From Fimbriosthenelais zetlandica (lineage: Eukaryota), in NCBI GenBank assembly GCA_977030845.1, contig OZ365118.1, positions 3,658,001 to 3,722,000 on the forward strand: a stretch of 64,000 bases of DNA. The letters are read 5' to 3'. Below, piece after piece: positions 50,748-63,553 of the stretch. The notes beneath the pieces were generated by a model that saw only the letters and a program-made list of their open reading frames with translations, did not search any database and was not told the DNA's origin. Positions within the stretch are counted from its first letter, which is position 1; every line of letters begins with the position of its first letter. A program made the position numbers and the translations under genes.

Positions 50748-53700
50748 CTGCAATAAAATCAAGACTATAGCTTTTCCAATTCCAGAGGAGATGATTACAT
50801 TTATAGAATGAGAATAATGACATCATTCATTATAGAGGGCAGGCCATTGCCATGATGAACGCGCCAGGTGAACCCGTGGTAAAGGGTAATTAGAGAGAAG
50901 AGAACCAGTTTTAATTGATATTTGAACACAATGACGGCTTGCCGAATATGAAGAGAGCGAGCCGAAATTGAATCCCTTTAAAAAGAGGAGCATTTTCCCA
51001 TTGATATTCAACATGGGATTAAATCAACACGTTAATTTACCGACCATATTGTCTGCCACGTTCACTCCTAGAGCCATGAGGGAACTGATCAAAACAGAGA
51101 TCTCAAATCTAACTTCAAATTTAATCTCGAATCTAAAATCTAACTTCTCAATACAGGAATCTAAGATCCAACTTCAATACAGATATCTGAAATCTAACTT
51201 ATATTAACACAGGAATCTAATATGTTCCCAGCAGCCTTAAACCTAACAAAAATTCATAAAACTAAGCTCAAGACTGGGCTGATTGATATCAAATATGTGG
51301 CTGTGATTTTAGGAGTGAATTGTGAGTAGTATAAGAGATGTGAGTGATTATAAGGGACCAGCTTAGCACCAGATCTCTGCTATATATACAGAGTTTCCCG
51401 TACAAGGCTGGGAGGTAGGAGATTGGTACATATCGAGTATTGGTCCGCATATCTTCCCCGCCCATGAGGAGTCTGAACAGAAACCAAGGCCAAAATCTAT
51501 TCTCCCTCTTTCATCGCAGTGGAAATGGGAGGCCGGGAATATGTCTACAGTTCTATGACTTCTTTGAGCATAAAAGCATGGGCGATATCATATCCTATCA
51601 CGCTATGTAGTGAAAGGAGGGAGAGGGGGATTCTTACAGGCCAGGCTTAGGCTTATATCAGGGCGATATATGAATGGATCTGAACTATGTCACTCGCTAA
51701 ATCATTCCCTCATCATTGTTGGTGGGAGTGGGAGTGCAGGAACAATACCAAGTGATCGACTGAGATTGGCTTCATCCCATCTCTTACTTCATACGGCTTT
51801 ATTGAAACGTCTTGAGATATATTTTCAGTAACCGTTATTTTGGCGACTTATTGCAGTATATATAGAACCCATGCATGGTTATATAGAGGGTCAGTTGGTG
51901 GTCTTTTACTTGAATCACAAACATTCCATGGTATTGTCTGACCACTAATGACCAAGACTGCCTGTGGGGGTCAAGGACCACCCTGAGGGGTCATTGACCG
52001 AGACCAGCCTCAGATCGCAGGTCAACTGTTTGATTTTGTGTCATTCTTATTGTGTCGACCTCAAGGGGGGAGAGGGATTTGTTGGTAAATCTCCCCCTAG
52101 GGGTGCTTTCCACCTCGTTAAAAGAAACATTTTCTGCTTCAATAGGCGCTTTGGTCAGGAAAACCCAATTACAACGATTGTTGAGAAGTCTTTTGGACCT
52201 TACTTCCTGGAGATGCAAAGCCCAGGGCGGACCAATCTCAAACATATCCCCGACCATCTTCATCCAATCATTATGCACAAATTCATGATTCTCTCAAAGA
52301 GACGGGAGGGGTTTACTGATATGTTTCACAAGGACTTATACAATATTGATTTCCACATTAAAGGCATTTGCCTTTACGCAATATCATGACATCAATCAAT
52401 TTAAGTCATATCCGTCTAGTGGTAGCAGGGTGGAGCAGGACGGGTGCATATATATTGGTGATGTAAATCTGCCGTCAGTGTTGAAGAGCTGGTGTAAAAG
52501 GCGGGATTTATGGTGAGATAAATGGACGGCAGTAACAAGGCTGGAGAGAGCTTCATGTGAAATGGCTGCAGTAGAATCAGATAGCATGTAATGTGATAAG
52601 ACAATGACGCCATATCTATACACTATCCTACAGATCCGCCAAAACAGGGGCCAATATCAGCACCTAGTATTACGCCTGGCACATGCCCCTAAACTATCCC
52701 CCTACCCCCATCCCCAACACTGCAGGGACACAACCAAATTTCTGGTTGGTTTCAGGGCTGTTCCACTCATTGCCCTGTGGTAAATTGCCTTGCCACTCAC
52801 CGATTGCATGCTGTGCTATTTTCAATCCAGCCTCCACCGAGCTTTACCGAAAGCTTCCAATTACCGATTTTACACGCGTTTTAATTCAATTGCCTTCAAT
52901 TTCCTGGTAAAAAGTGTTTATATAACGATTTAACAATCAGTCCATAAAATCATTAAATTAGAGAATGGACTTTTAATTTAAGGCGGTCAATGCTTGCCAT
53001 GGAATGTGATACCAGTGGTCTCAATACTAGGGAAGTATACACAAGTTCTAAGATATTTCTTCGACACAATCTTAGACACTACATGTTCTGTTAAGAGACC
53101 TAGGAGATGGTGCTGTAGTAAAGAAAGGCTGGATAGGGCCACAAAAAAATTAAATTGCTTTCCAATCGATTACTTCTCTCTGAATGTATAATAATTGGGG
53201 ACTAAACAATGAGTAGATTAAATATAGTGAGTTGTAACTACCTAGGTTAGGGTACCCGGAACTAAGGTGGCTCAGACCCCATCCATACCAGAGATAACTC
53301 CCATTAAATGTCACTTAAATTCCACACCCTATAAGGCCAATAGAGCCATCTCCATCTCATGAATAAATATGATTTTAGTACAAATAATAAATATGCACCT
53401 GTCAGTGCGGGGAATAATGAATCTTAGCCTCTGCGCATTTACATAGATATGACATGGCGTTTATTACAAAGGCTGGTGTAATACGGTTTGGAGTGAATAA
53501 AATAAAACAGAGAATACCTAATTACATGCCTCAGTTGGTCCATTAAGAGTTTTTTGAGTATGTTCCCTGCTGTCTGGCAGCAAGGGAAAAAAGCAAGGCT
53601 TGCAGAGGAGGCAAAAAGACAAATTGGTGGTTATTAGAAACACCAAACCCCATCGATTCGCATTAAGTAAACAAATGAATGAGTTGTATAGATAGATGAT

Positions 53701-54650
53701 TATAAGCTTCACCTCGGATACCAGCTAATGGTAGGTTATTATGTCTCATTATTTCTGATCATTTCAATTCTGAATATCAGAATGAACAGATTGAATATGA
53801 GCCATGCAAGGGGCCACACATTAGGCAGGACTGACCAAAAGAAAAAAAATAAAGTAATTATTTCAGATTATCAGTTTTGTATTGAAATAAATTAGTTTCA
53901 ATCCAATTTTATACTGATTAGGCTGCATTCATAGTAAGTGGATACAGTAAGAGTAGTTAAGCAATGATAGGGACATCTATCACTGAAGAAAATTGTATAT
54001 AAAAACAAGCTTCTTTAAGCTGATAAAACAGCTCTATCTAATTGAGAAGCTTGGACTGAGTTCAGATATATTATATAGGATCATACATGTACAGGTAGAA
54101 AAACGAGCCACGATCCAGACCTGCAGGGGGCACATAGCATCACCTTTGAATCGGGAAAAGTTTACACTAAAAGACGTAACATCTTATCTCCTCAGAGGGA
54201 TATGAGGAAGTCTCAATCACAAGAAAAGAGAGAGATCTGGAGGTAGAAGAAAAGGTGGAGTATTAAGTTGCCACCCAGTCTAGGCATTTCACGGTCCTTC
54301 GACTATCATAGACCATATGATGTGTTGAAAGTATATGGAGCCAAAGGGCAAATCATAGAAGAGGTGTCTTTATTCTGGACTACTCTTCATTCATGCTATT
54401 CTATTGTAGAGATCTATAAGGCATTGGAGGAGGTCTGGAGACCAAATGATGCACAGCCCTAACTTCCATCCTCTATAATAATTATTTAATAATAGTTCCA
54501 GCCCATCTTAGCAAGTACAAAACCTTAATAGCTAACCTTTACTCGGCACTGACTGTTTTAAGTCCTGACACTTTGGTTAAAATATCACAGCATCCCAGAC
54601 AACTGAATTGATTAAGATATTTTTAGCATCTTAGTATGAAAATTGCATAC

Positions 54651-54748
54651 CTGAAGTTGCCTACTTCCTGTCGGAAGGTCTTCCTGTGAGATGGTTGACG
54701 AAGCTCGGCCTGGTCTGGGAGTTCATAGGTGGATTGGATCCGCCAGAT
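54651..54748 (-). other. Candidate 98-nt spliced exon
   Basis: Acceptor TTTTTGATTGCAG| and donor CAG|GTATGC. It is a GC- and CpG-richer island in AT-rich flanks. One frame is open (IWRIQSTYELPDQAELRQPSHRKTFRQEVGNF), not recognised. Confidence 0.35.
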
Positions 54749-54819
54749 CTGCAATCAAAAATTGATCCATGCAAATTAACTGACCAGTTTGGTTAACAAA
54801 TTAAAAGAGGAGAAATTCA

Positions 54820-54863
54820 ATAAATTAATGTCATGATTATTATAAATTAATGTCATGATTATT
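54820..54863. repeat. 22-bp tandem duplication
   Basis: ATAAATTAATGTCATGATTATT occurs at 54820 and 54842. Confidence 0.9.
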
Positions 54864-54882
54864 AGTTTCGAAATATTCATAC

Positions 54883-55046
54883 CTTGCTGTTCGTACTTGA
54901 CCTTTGAGATCGATCTTTGACCTCCATGGATGTCACTTTTGGTTCATACCTCCAGTTCATTGGGATCGCTATAGGAAGGACTGCCTTCTCCAGCCCAATG
55001 TATCTTCCAATGTAATTAGTTGTCGCAGTCATTCAATCATATTGGT
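54883..55046 (-). other. Candidate 164-nt spliced exon
   Basis: Weaker acceptor TTATCTTATAG| and donor AAG|GTATGA; an internal alternative donor GAG|GTATGA is present. It contains an ATG in frame with the next candidate exon. Confidence 0.25.
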
Positions 55047-57324
55047 CTATAAGATAATTACATGGCCAATTAGCTTTACACTATAGTAAGACTGGAGTAG
55101 CATCCACCACTGAATACAGCCAATATTGCCGCGCCATTAATATAGGTACATGGGTGCCACCTTATATATGTATTAATTAGTATTAAATAATGCAATATTC
55201 CAATCAGAAATTATAATGTATATGTATATGGATAACTATAGCAAAGGATTTCATGGAATAAATGACTATTTATATTCGATTTGGTGGCATAAAATACTAT
55301 TTATATGTTTAAGAAATGGTTTCATTTAGGGATAGCCTATAAGATCTTTCTTACTATCATCACCTCTACATCTAATGTTGGACTTTAGAACATTCCGTAC
55401 CTGGATGGTTGATTATTAATCTGGATGCAGGGCTGGCTTGACAGGCGGAGATCTGTTGAGTTGAGAGCCTAGCTGGTGTGTCTAAAAAAGATAATTTACA
55501 TTCATTTATTCAGTATTATTCGACGAATAGATTTATATTGAATCCTAAATCAATGATTTAAACATAGTGTTATGACTTGAATTGAGGACAGAGTCAATTA
55601 TTCAGTATTATTGAACTAAAACTAATAGATTTAAATGGACTATTGAAATCAATGCCTTAAATACAGGGTTATGAAATAGGCATTCATGAACTAGGAACAA
55701 ACCATGATGTAATTGTGCAGGTAAACAAAGTGTTCTGCGGGTTTTGTGAGAGAGAATTTGGGAGATATAGTCTCGCACAGACTGAACACGTTGTTTAGAT
55801 TCGGCCATGTTTAATCCGTGAGTGGAACTCTTCACAAGAGGAAACAATAGGCATTCAGGTATCCGCACACTAAATTAATGACTACACGACACAAACAATC
55901 ATATAAACTCAAACAATCCAATAAATATAAATCGCATAAATATAGGCCTGTTACGATGGTCAAAATGGATGTTTAGAAAGTAAAGAAGTTATCAAATTGA
56001 ATAATTTGGTAAAGGAGTGAGCGTTGTGCAGCAGCAGGAGGACTGGGAGGGAAGCCGTGGATGGATATTTAAGAAGCGCTCGGTGAGTTGAGTTTCCAAT
56101 AACAGCGGGATTATGATGAGCCTCCACCAGTAGGCCTCCATTCACAAACCAATGATTCCACACGATTACCCAAATCATGGCAAGCCACGTTTTTTTTCCA
56201 TCTTTGTTTATTTCTCTGATGGAGGATAAAAGTAATGCAGGGAAAGATAAGAAATCCTCGACGTGACAGGAAGAAAAAAATACCCTGGATTTCAATGGTT
56301 TCCACCTCAAAGTTTGACCATTTGATACTTTGAAAAACAGCAAGAGTTGTTTGAAAATTCATATCTTACAAATAAATCGGAGCCATATTGCATGACAGAC
56401 ACAAAACATAGCTGGTATCTATCTTATAGTATCTATAAGCAAGATGGAAATAGATGAAAAGAGAAGGAAAGGAAGAAGGAAAGTGCCTTTAGAAGGTAAA
56501 TGACAGGGGATGTGAGGGATGAGATAAGATGGGGTTTGTGACATTGAAGCTTTGTTTTGAGGACCTTGACTGACAGTCTCGACCCTTTGCCCTTCACCGG
56601 TGCTACCTGCCCTGCTGAAAGTCACAATTAGGGCTGACCCTAGGTCACCTCACTCCCCCACGGGCTGTACCCCCCCCCCCCGAACTACACCCCCCCCACC
56701 CCTAACACACACTCCTGACGTCTCCTCAGGCCTCATTTGTGATGGCCAATTTATCGAGCTTCAATGAGTAATTTCCTGACTTGAGCGAGTATTTACAGAA
56801 CTCCCAGCTCCCCTTCCCCTCCTCCTCCCTCTCTGATCCCTGCTTTTCCCTCTCCTCCTGTCGCTCACATACAAACTCAAGTCGAAGGTCCGAGTTCAAA
56901 GGTCATCAAAAGCCTTAACACTGATCCCATAGCTCCATTTTTACCAAAGGTTTCCATCAATATTTGCCTCCAATATAAGACTAGGCGGGCTAACCTGGAT
57001 GGAAAAGTTTGCATTTTTAAAATCCCCTCATTGAAATTGGGCCTGGAACTCAAAGACTTTTCTCATCCACCAAAATTCCACGGGTTTACCAGCAAGTACA
57101 ATGCCGAATGCAAACAGATCCAGTGAACATTGTCACAAAACTCTTTGCCTTTTGAAATGAGAATTGTTGATGGAGTTTTTGTGTGAAGATGCACGCATTG
57201 TTTAAGCAGGGCTGGGATCACATACTACACCCGGGGGGAAATGACAGAAGATCCAACAAAAAAAGCAATATGGAATTTTAGTCGTGAACACCCGACCCCG
57301 GGGGCGTATAATGTCCATTATCAA

Positions 57325-57343
57325 TGTCCACCAGGGGGAGTAT
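57325..57343 (+). promoter_or_regulatory. Candidate CTCF site
   Basis: TGTCCACCAGGGGGAGTAT closely matches the CTCF consensus TGGCCACCAGGGGGCGC. Confidence 0.5.
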
Positions 57344-60300
57344 GCGCTGACAGGCCCGCCCCCTACCGCCACCATGAAAAATTGAATCTGCGACAAATTT
57401 CCGCTTCCTACCACGCCCCTCCAAAAACCCCCCTCCCAGTGCCATTATAAACATGTACCCCGACCCCCAACCCCCCCCCCCCGGTCTACACAATCATATT
57501 CGCCTACAATATCTCCGCCCAGTGCCCCACTTTCTCATGTAGAACCGCTCCCCATGTAACCTCTTTCCCCCATATAAAATGTGCTCGAGCGAGGTCAAAG
57601 ATTTGGCCGTTTGAGTCACATGTGGTCAATAGAAGGCGAGGGGCAAGGTATTCAGCTGAAAGTCGCCTGGGGGGCTGGTAGCATGCATGGCCAGCGACGG
57701 AGCGACCGCCCTAACAGCCAGCACAGAACCAGCAATCGTTAACCACCAGTCCACAGCCAAAGCCATCAAACTATTTCTGCCCAGCCCGCGGTGGTAAATT
57801 AAACGCTAACTGAAATAATGCCTTCTCTAAGCTCCAAAAGCGGGCTTTCTAATTCACCACTTGATGGAAGGCGAAGAATTATATTGACAATCGCGCTGTT
57901 ATCGCGCATTAAATTTCGAGGGAGAAAAAAAAGTGAGATGAAAGTTAAAAGAGGGAGCACTTTAGAGAATAGCCGCCGCGCGATTGGGATTGGGCTGAAG
58001 AGGATTTAAAACGGTGTCGCCTGAGTCGTCACATTCATCGCCAACTCTCTTTAAATTATCGTCTTGTCGCGGAAGCAGTAAACAAAGCACTCAGAGCGAC
58101 TGGTAAGCCAGGAGTGCCATGCTTGGTTGTGTGGTCAAATTAGGCGGAGGGCAATTATTCATATCTTCACCGTGCCTTCAACAACTCACCGCGCATGCGT
58201 GAGGCGAGCAGCTCATTGAGACTCAAATACAAATAATGATGCTCATAGCCTCACTTATTATTATTCTCCAAACATCTGAGCAATTCACACGCCGGATAAT
58301 CATTAATAATGTTAAAGTTACTGGGTTTAACTTGGTGAGAAACAGATTCACATTATTCTCCTGGCGTCCAATGTGCACAAGATTCAATTGGTTGTGGATT
58401 TCTAATTATAACCGAATCTTTCAGGCTAATTAAGTCAAAACCACACATGTGTTTTATCAATTAAAGCTCAAGTGAAAGATGACTGGCCAACCTCTCACGG
58501 TAATTGGTCCTTAAAAAAACACCACCAGCCCGTATCCGTCATCATTTCTAACGTCAGGGATTCTCAGAAAATTTTTATTTCAAAAATCTTTTAACCAAAA
58601 AATCTTTTAACCAAACTCACGACCTATAATTTTAGGATTGACAAAAAAATCAAAACGCGTGGGACTTATGATGTGTTCATGAAACCGGAGATTGACAGAT
58701 GATTTTTGAAGTGTTTTGACACGGACGGTGGGCGGTGAGGACGGTGGCTCCTGGCCACGGTGGCGGTCACACTGTCAAGTAAATTATTACAGCCCAGCCA
58801 CCTTCAAGTGTCACTTGCCATGGCTCGCCCGAGGTTATGTCTTAAATCCTAGATGACATCCGACCCCGCACCCACAGAACAAGATATCAATCACAAGTTT
58901 ACAGATCCCCCTGTCGTCGACTTGTAACCTGAGCCCAGGTTTACCTCCATTGTTTGCTTTATATTTGGGATGTAAAATATATTCAAGGTAGAGGGGAAGG
59001 TGGACGGCCCCCAGGGATTATAAATCAAGAGGTTTGTGGAAATGAGGGAAAATATAGGCTTTGACAATCTTATTCCTTCATTAATTCATTTGTTTGTGGG
59101 TGGCTTTTATCTAAGTAAATATGAGCAACCAAAGAAAACATAGGACACAATGGGAATGACTGATCACTTGTATGTATTCGAACTGTCCATCTTCTTCACA
59201 GAGTCAGAAAGTAAATAAATACACATATATGGATATGCACATATGATATTCAAATCCAATACATATTTTGGTACCTTATTCTGAAATCCGGATGAATTTT
59301 ATTTTCATTTTTCCTTCCAAGACCTACCCATGAGAAATCTCAGTTAAATTCAACCATGCGGTAAAGTCAAGCATGGGTGGGTGTCGCCCTATATGTCAGT
59401 GGAGCATGGAATGTGAGTTAGTGACTGGTGATAGGACTAAAGTTCATCTTTGATGGTAGGAACCCCGGGTGCTCTCACCTCCCATACCTCCAGGGTGGAT
59501 GACACACATTCACACCTGAGATACCTGCCCTGAGGCACACCTGTACAGGTGTATTCCCACCATTCTATATATCACCTACTGACTGTATACTGGTATCACA
59601 TATCATATAACACAAAGGCTCAGGAGAATTTTTCACTGGGTGCAAGGAACATGGCCCAGGGTATGTTGAATTTAGCAGACATGAAGGGTGTAATTTAGCT
59701 GGCTTGATGAATGGTGGGCTTAGAGATAAGAGATGAACTAGGCCATTCATATCCCTTATCTTACCCAAGTACGATTCATAATGTCTCATTCCTCAAGTAA
59801 ATGCATTGAAGAGAATGGGACTTTTAACTTTGAAAATAATAATATTTTCTAATGTACTTTTGGGTGCTGTTGAAGGCTTTTAGTCTCACTTTCTTGAAGT
59901 ATGAAAATTCAGGAAATAATAAGTTTATAAAACATCAATATCATGATGGTGTAGAAAAAGATAGGAAATGTTATTTAATCGTAGCACTAGGTAATTTATA
60001 ATCAAATATGGACAAGGCAGCAGAAGTTTAACTGATGGAAAGATAAGGTAGGCTTGGTGGAGGGTGGTGAATATGGTATAGATGTAAAGTGATGTTACAC
60101 TACCACCGACCCAGGCATAATCCAATGTACTTGTACAACTGGCGGGGCCACGGGGTTAAAAAGGTGGCGAGGTGATGGGGGTAGGATTGAGGGAGGGCTG
60201 GAGGGTAGAGGTGTGGTATATGTAGGGTGCCTCAGGGTAAAATGAACATCAGACCCATACCATTCACCATCACCTCCAGGGAAATATGTCCCTTAACAGA

Positions 60301-62675
60301 CGAGGCCAGATATCCGTCAAAAAACTCCCTGAAGAGTGAGCCAAAATCAATCACAGTCTAGCTGCACTTCATTCAGTGACATCTTCAAGTTTGAGGCTGG
60401 GATTTCCTTCTGTATCTTCACAAAGTACATGTACCCATCATATAAAGGATGGAGTTAGTTGTGAGAGTGAGAGTTGTGGTATCAAAAACAAGCCAAATAT
60501 TACCAGGATTGAGCTTAAAACATCAATAGCTAAGCATGGATGTACAATGCATTCAAAGTGCAAATCAAAGGCATTCGTTCTCAGCCCAGTGATATGGACC
60601 TGGTACAAAGGTGGACGATTTGCAGCCTTATACAGGAAATAAAAATACCAACTCTGCAGCATACTGAAACAGTTAGTACTGACAGATTCTGATTGGAAAA
60701 AGAAGAAGGAGGAGAAGGAAGTGGAGGAGGAGACTTATATGAGAGAGAGTAGGGTGTTAAGTGGGAGTGACTGGGGTGAGCTGGGAGGAGATTTCATTTA
60801 GAGAATCCGCCAGATGGACGGATGAACTATGATAGTGAGGAAATCTCAGCTAGCTGATTGCTACTGATTGCACGCCACATTCTCACTCTACTTTCCTTAT
60901 ACTGCTTACTAGGCTCACTGCATCTTCCTTCCTCATATATACCCAGATAGATAACGGCTTGAATTTCATGACTCAGGATGAGACGAAATTCATACTGGCA
61001 GGGAACAGGTTTTAGAGAAAACGGATAAGAGTGATGGATTGAAAATCGATGTTGATTTTTTAAAATGATAAGTAAGAGAAGATGTTGGAGTGAGATGGTG
61101 GGTGATGGTATAGGGGAGTGTCTCTAGCAGTCACAGGTGGTGGTTGTATATATGTTCAGATCCCTACAGGACACAATCCAACCAAGGTAATAGGCAATTA
61201 CCACCACAATGGCATTTCATTACATGTATTACATTTAGAAGAACACGGGCAGGCGGGGACCATTTAAGTCTGGCAGCAAGCTTGACATATCATCTGTTGT
61301 TGAATGCTTCGCTCCCTCCAAATGAAAATGTTCACAAACGCGTGAAGGCGATAAGAAAAATCATAGTAGCCGCTTTAACGGGATGGCCGCTGGCCATTCT
61401 CCCAACTATTGACGGCAACATCAAAGTAGCATTAAAAACATGCTCATTCTGCGGAGAAAAACGCTCAGAAAACAGCCCAAGCAATTTCCAACAATTTCAG
61501 GCAATTGGTAATGAGCTGTTGAAGGAATTGTTGCAGAGAGAATCTCTTTATCCCTGATTGGTCTTTGCCGTCATTCTTCGCCTCAGATTAAGCCATGCAG
61601 GAGGAGGAGGACGGCCACACTGCCAACCTGCATGTTTTTATCGCATCAACCCGTGTATTGTCGCGTCATCGCGTCAGATAAGTGCTTGTCGCGCGGATCA
61701 CCTGATTTCCCAATCGCTGCGGACCACGAACACTTATCTGTCGGTGCACATCTCTGGTCTGTGCTCTGTCCAGGGACTGCACGCACCCTGGACGCCAGAA
61801 TCCCCCATCGCCAGATTTGCTCAAGTTTGGTTTCTGTGATCGCGCGACAAAACAAGTAGCCATATGTATGCGACACACGCGCTGTGACGTCACCACACTA
61901 GCCCCATTATCCGGGTTCCATTTAGAGTGAGAGACAACATGGTCATGTGAGGGAGTGGGTATAATAGAGCGCCAGCGTGCGGCCGTCGATAAGCACTGGT
62001 TTCAAATACACGGGCAAGATTTAATAGCTACAGCCTTCCTGTGTCATTCAAACTCCCCCCGCTCTCCCCTCCCAACTCATTCTCCTCTATTTCCCATCAT
62101 GCAATCTTCCTCTTAGAAAAGGGCAGGAATAAAAATGGCGCCTTGACTAGGTGAGGAGCCTTGTGGGTCTAAGAAGGATACATGGTATTTAATTCATATC
62201 TCCTTCAATATTATATAGAGGAGGGGCAAATATAATAGTGAAGAGGCACCAGAAAAATCATCAAATTCATTTTCAGGAAGGGAGTGACATAAATGGATTC
62301 ATTTATGTTCTATCAAAAGATATTCAGTATCATTACATATCCTTGCATCGCTTTGATTGAGCTGGAGTTTTAGTTTGTGACAGAATGTAGTCATGATTCA
62401 TGATTCATGAGTGGGTGGATCAGATGTTGTAAAGTTGTTGACAGGTAACATGGTAGACGCAGCCAGGCCCGGGGATGGCAGGTGATCCACCCACTAACCT
62501 TGGACCACTATCTCTCTCTGTCTCTGACCTTTCTTTATGATAGAAACATGTACGCATCTGTCAGGAGACTGCTGTCAGCCTGTCAAGTACTGATTCTGTC
62601 TGTCAGATCTACCTTTGTTACATCAGATCAGACTAATGGCTTAAATCAGGGTAAAACTGCAGTACAGAATGGAAA

Positions 62676-62740
62676 GTAAAGCATGAATATAAAGCATGGA
62701 AGTAAAGCATGAAGGTAAAGCATGGAAGTAAAGCATGGAA
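62676..62740. repeat. 13-bp tandem repeat, 5 copies
   Basis: GTAAAGCATGGAA or a variant starts at 62676, 62689, 62702, 62715 and 62728. Confidence 0.92.
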
Positions 62741-63437
62741 ACAAAGAAACAAAACCTTTCCATGTTCTAACTTCTAACTTCAACTTTAAAATTAATTAAA
62801 CAAGTAATAAAGAAAATATAACACAAATATCAGAAGGGTTCGCTATTATTTCAAAGGGAGACATGGGAATGCCTTTAATTTAGATAGCTTTAAAAGCAAG
62901 GTATTACAAAGCATCTCTGAGCACAAGTTTTCACTTCATCTAAAGGGAGGTGCAGGAATGATGAGGTGGAATAATGAAAACAAGCTAAAAGCCTGGCTGA
63001 GATTCAGCGGGTGGGAAAGGCCGGGGGCTGTTTATGAAAGTTTATATTAGGCGACCGTCTTTGTCTGCCACTGACCTCCTCAAAGCATTATGACAGCTGA
63101 GTAGCCACATGCACCTGCCAGGCCAGCCCGGCTAAGATTATTCTCATGTCGAGCAAGGTGGCGAGCAGGTGAGCAAGGAGCTGCTCATTATGGGGAGGAA
63201 ACCATGATCGTCCCCCAGTCTGCCGTACTCTAACTCCACAATCTAACCCCGCTTTGTACCTTTATCTCACTTTATATCACCTCATCAACTTTCACATTGT
63301 ACAGGGATGATGGTTGAATATTTATTTACTTCCAGCATTTTTAAACTATCTCAGGATGAGAGGGAAACAAGCTGTCGGCACACAATGATCTGCTCTTATT
63401 GAGGGCAGTTGGATTTGTCTCTCATGACAAAGAAATG

Positions 63438-63553
63438 GAGACATGGCTGGCCTTTGATATCCCAGTTAGCAGCACTGGGTGGAGGAAGACAATGGTAAAT
63501 TTGGAGAATGCTTGGGGAATTGAACCCGGGACCTCCAACAGGATTGCAAAGGG
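63438..63553 (-). mobile_element. tRNA-Ala-derived SINE-like element (best-preserved 3' half of the head)
   Basis: Minus strand reads CTTTGCA...GAGGTCCCGGGTTCAATTCCCCAAGCATTCTCCA, against tRNA-Ala CTTTGCA...GAGGTCCCGGGTTCGATCCCCGGCATCTCCA. It is followed by a body shared with 33500-33560 and 31063-31103. Confidence 0.8.

Noticed and set aside
52140-52300. FGPY..LHP, resembling a Gypsy integrase GPY/F region
   Set aside because: Few identities and no upstream DDE motifs found.
53209-54480. MSRLNIVSCN and FFKLIKQLY..TCRGHIASPL, resembling L1 endonuclease start and RT
   Set aside because: Suggestive, but the spacing is about half that expected and no ADD motif is present. It needs a frameshift-aware search.
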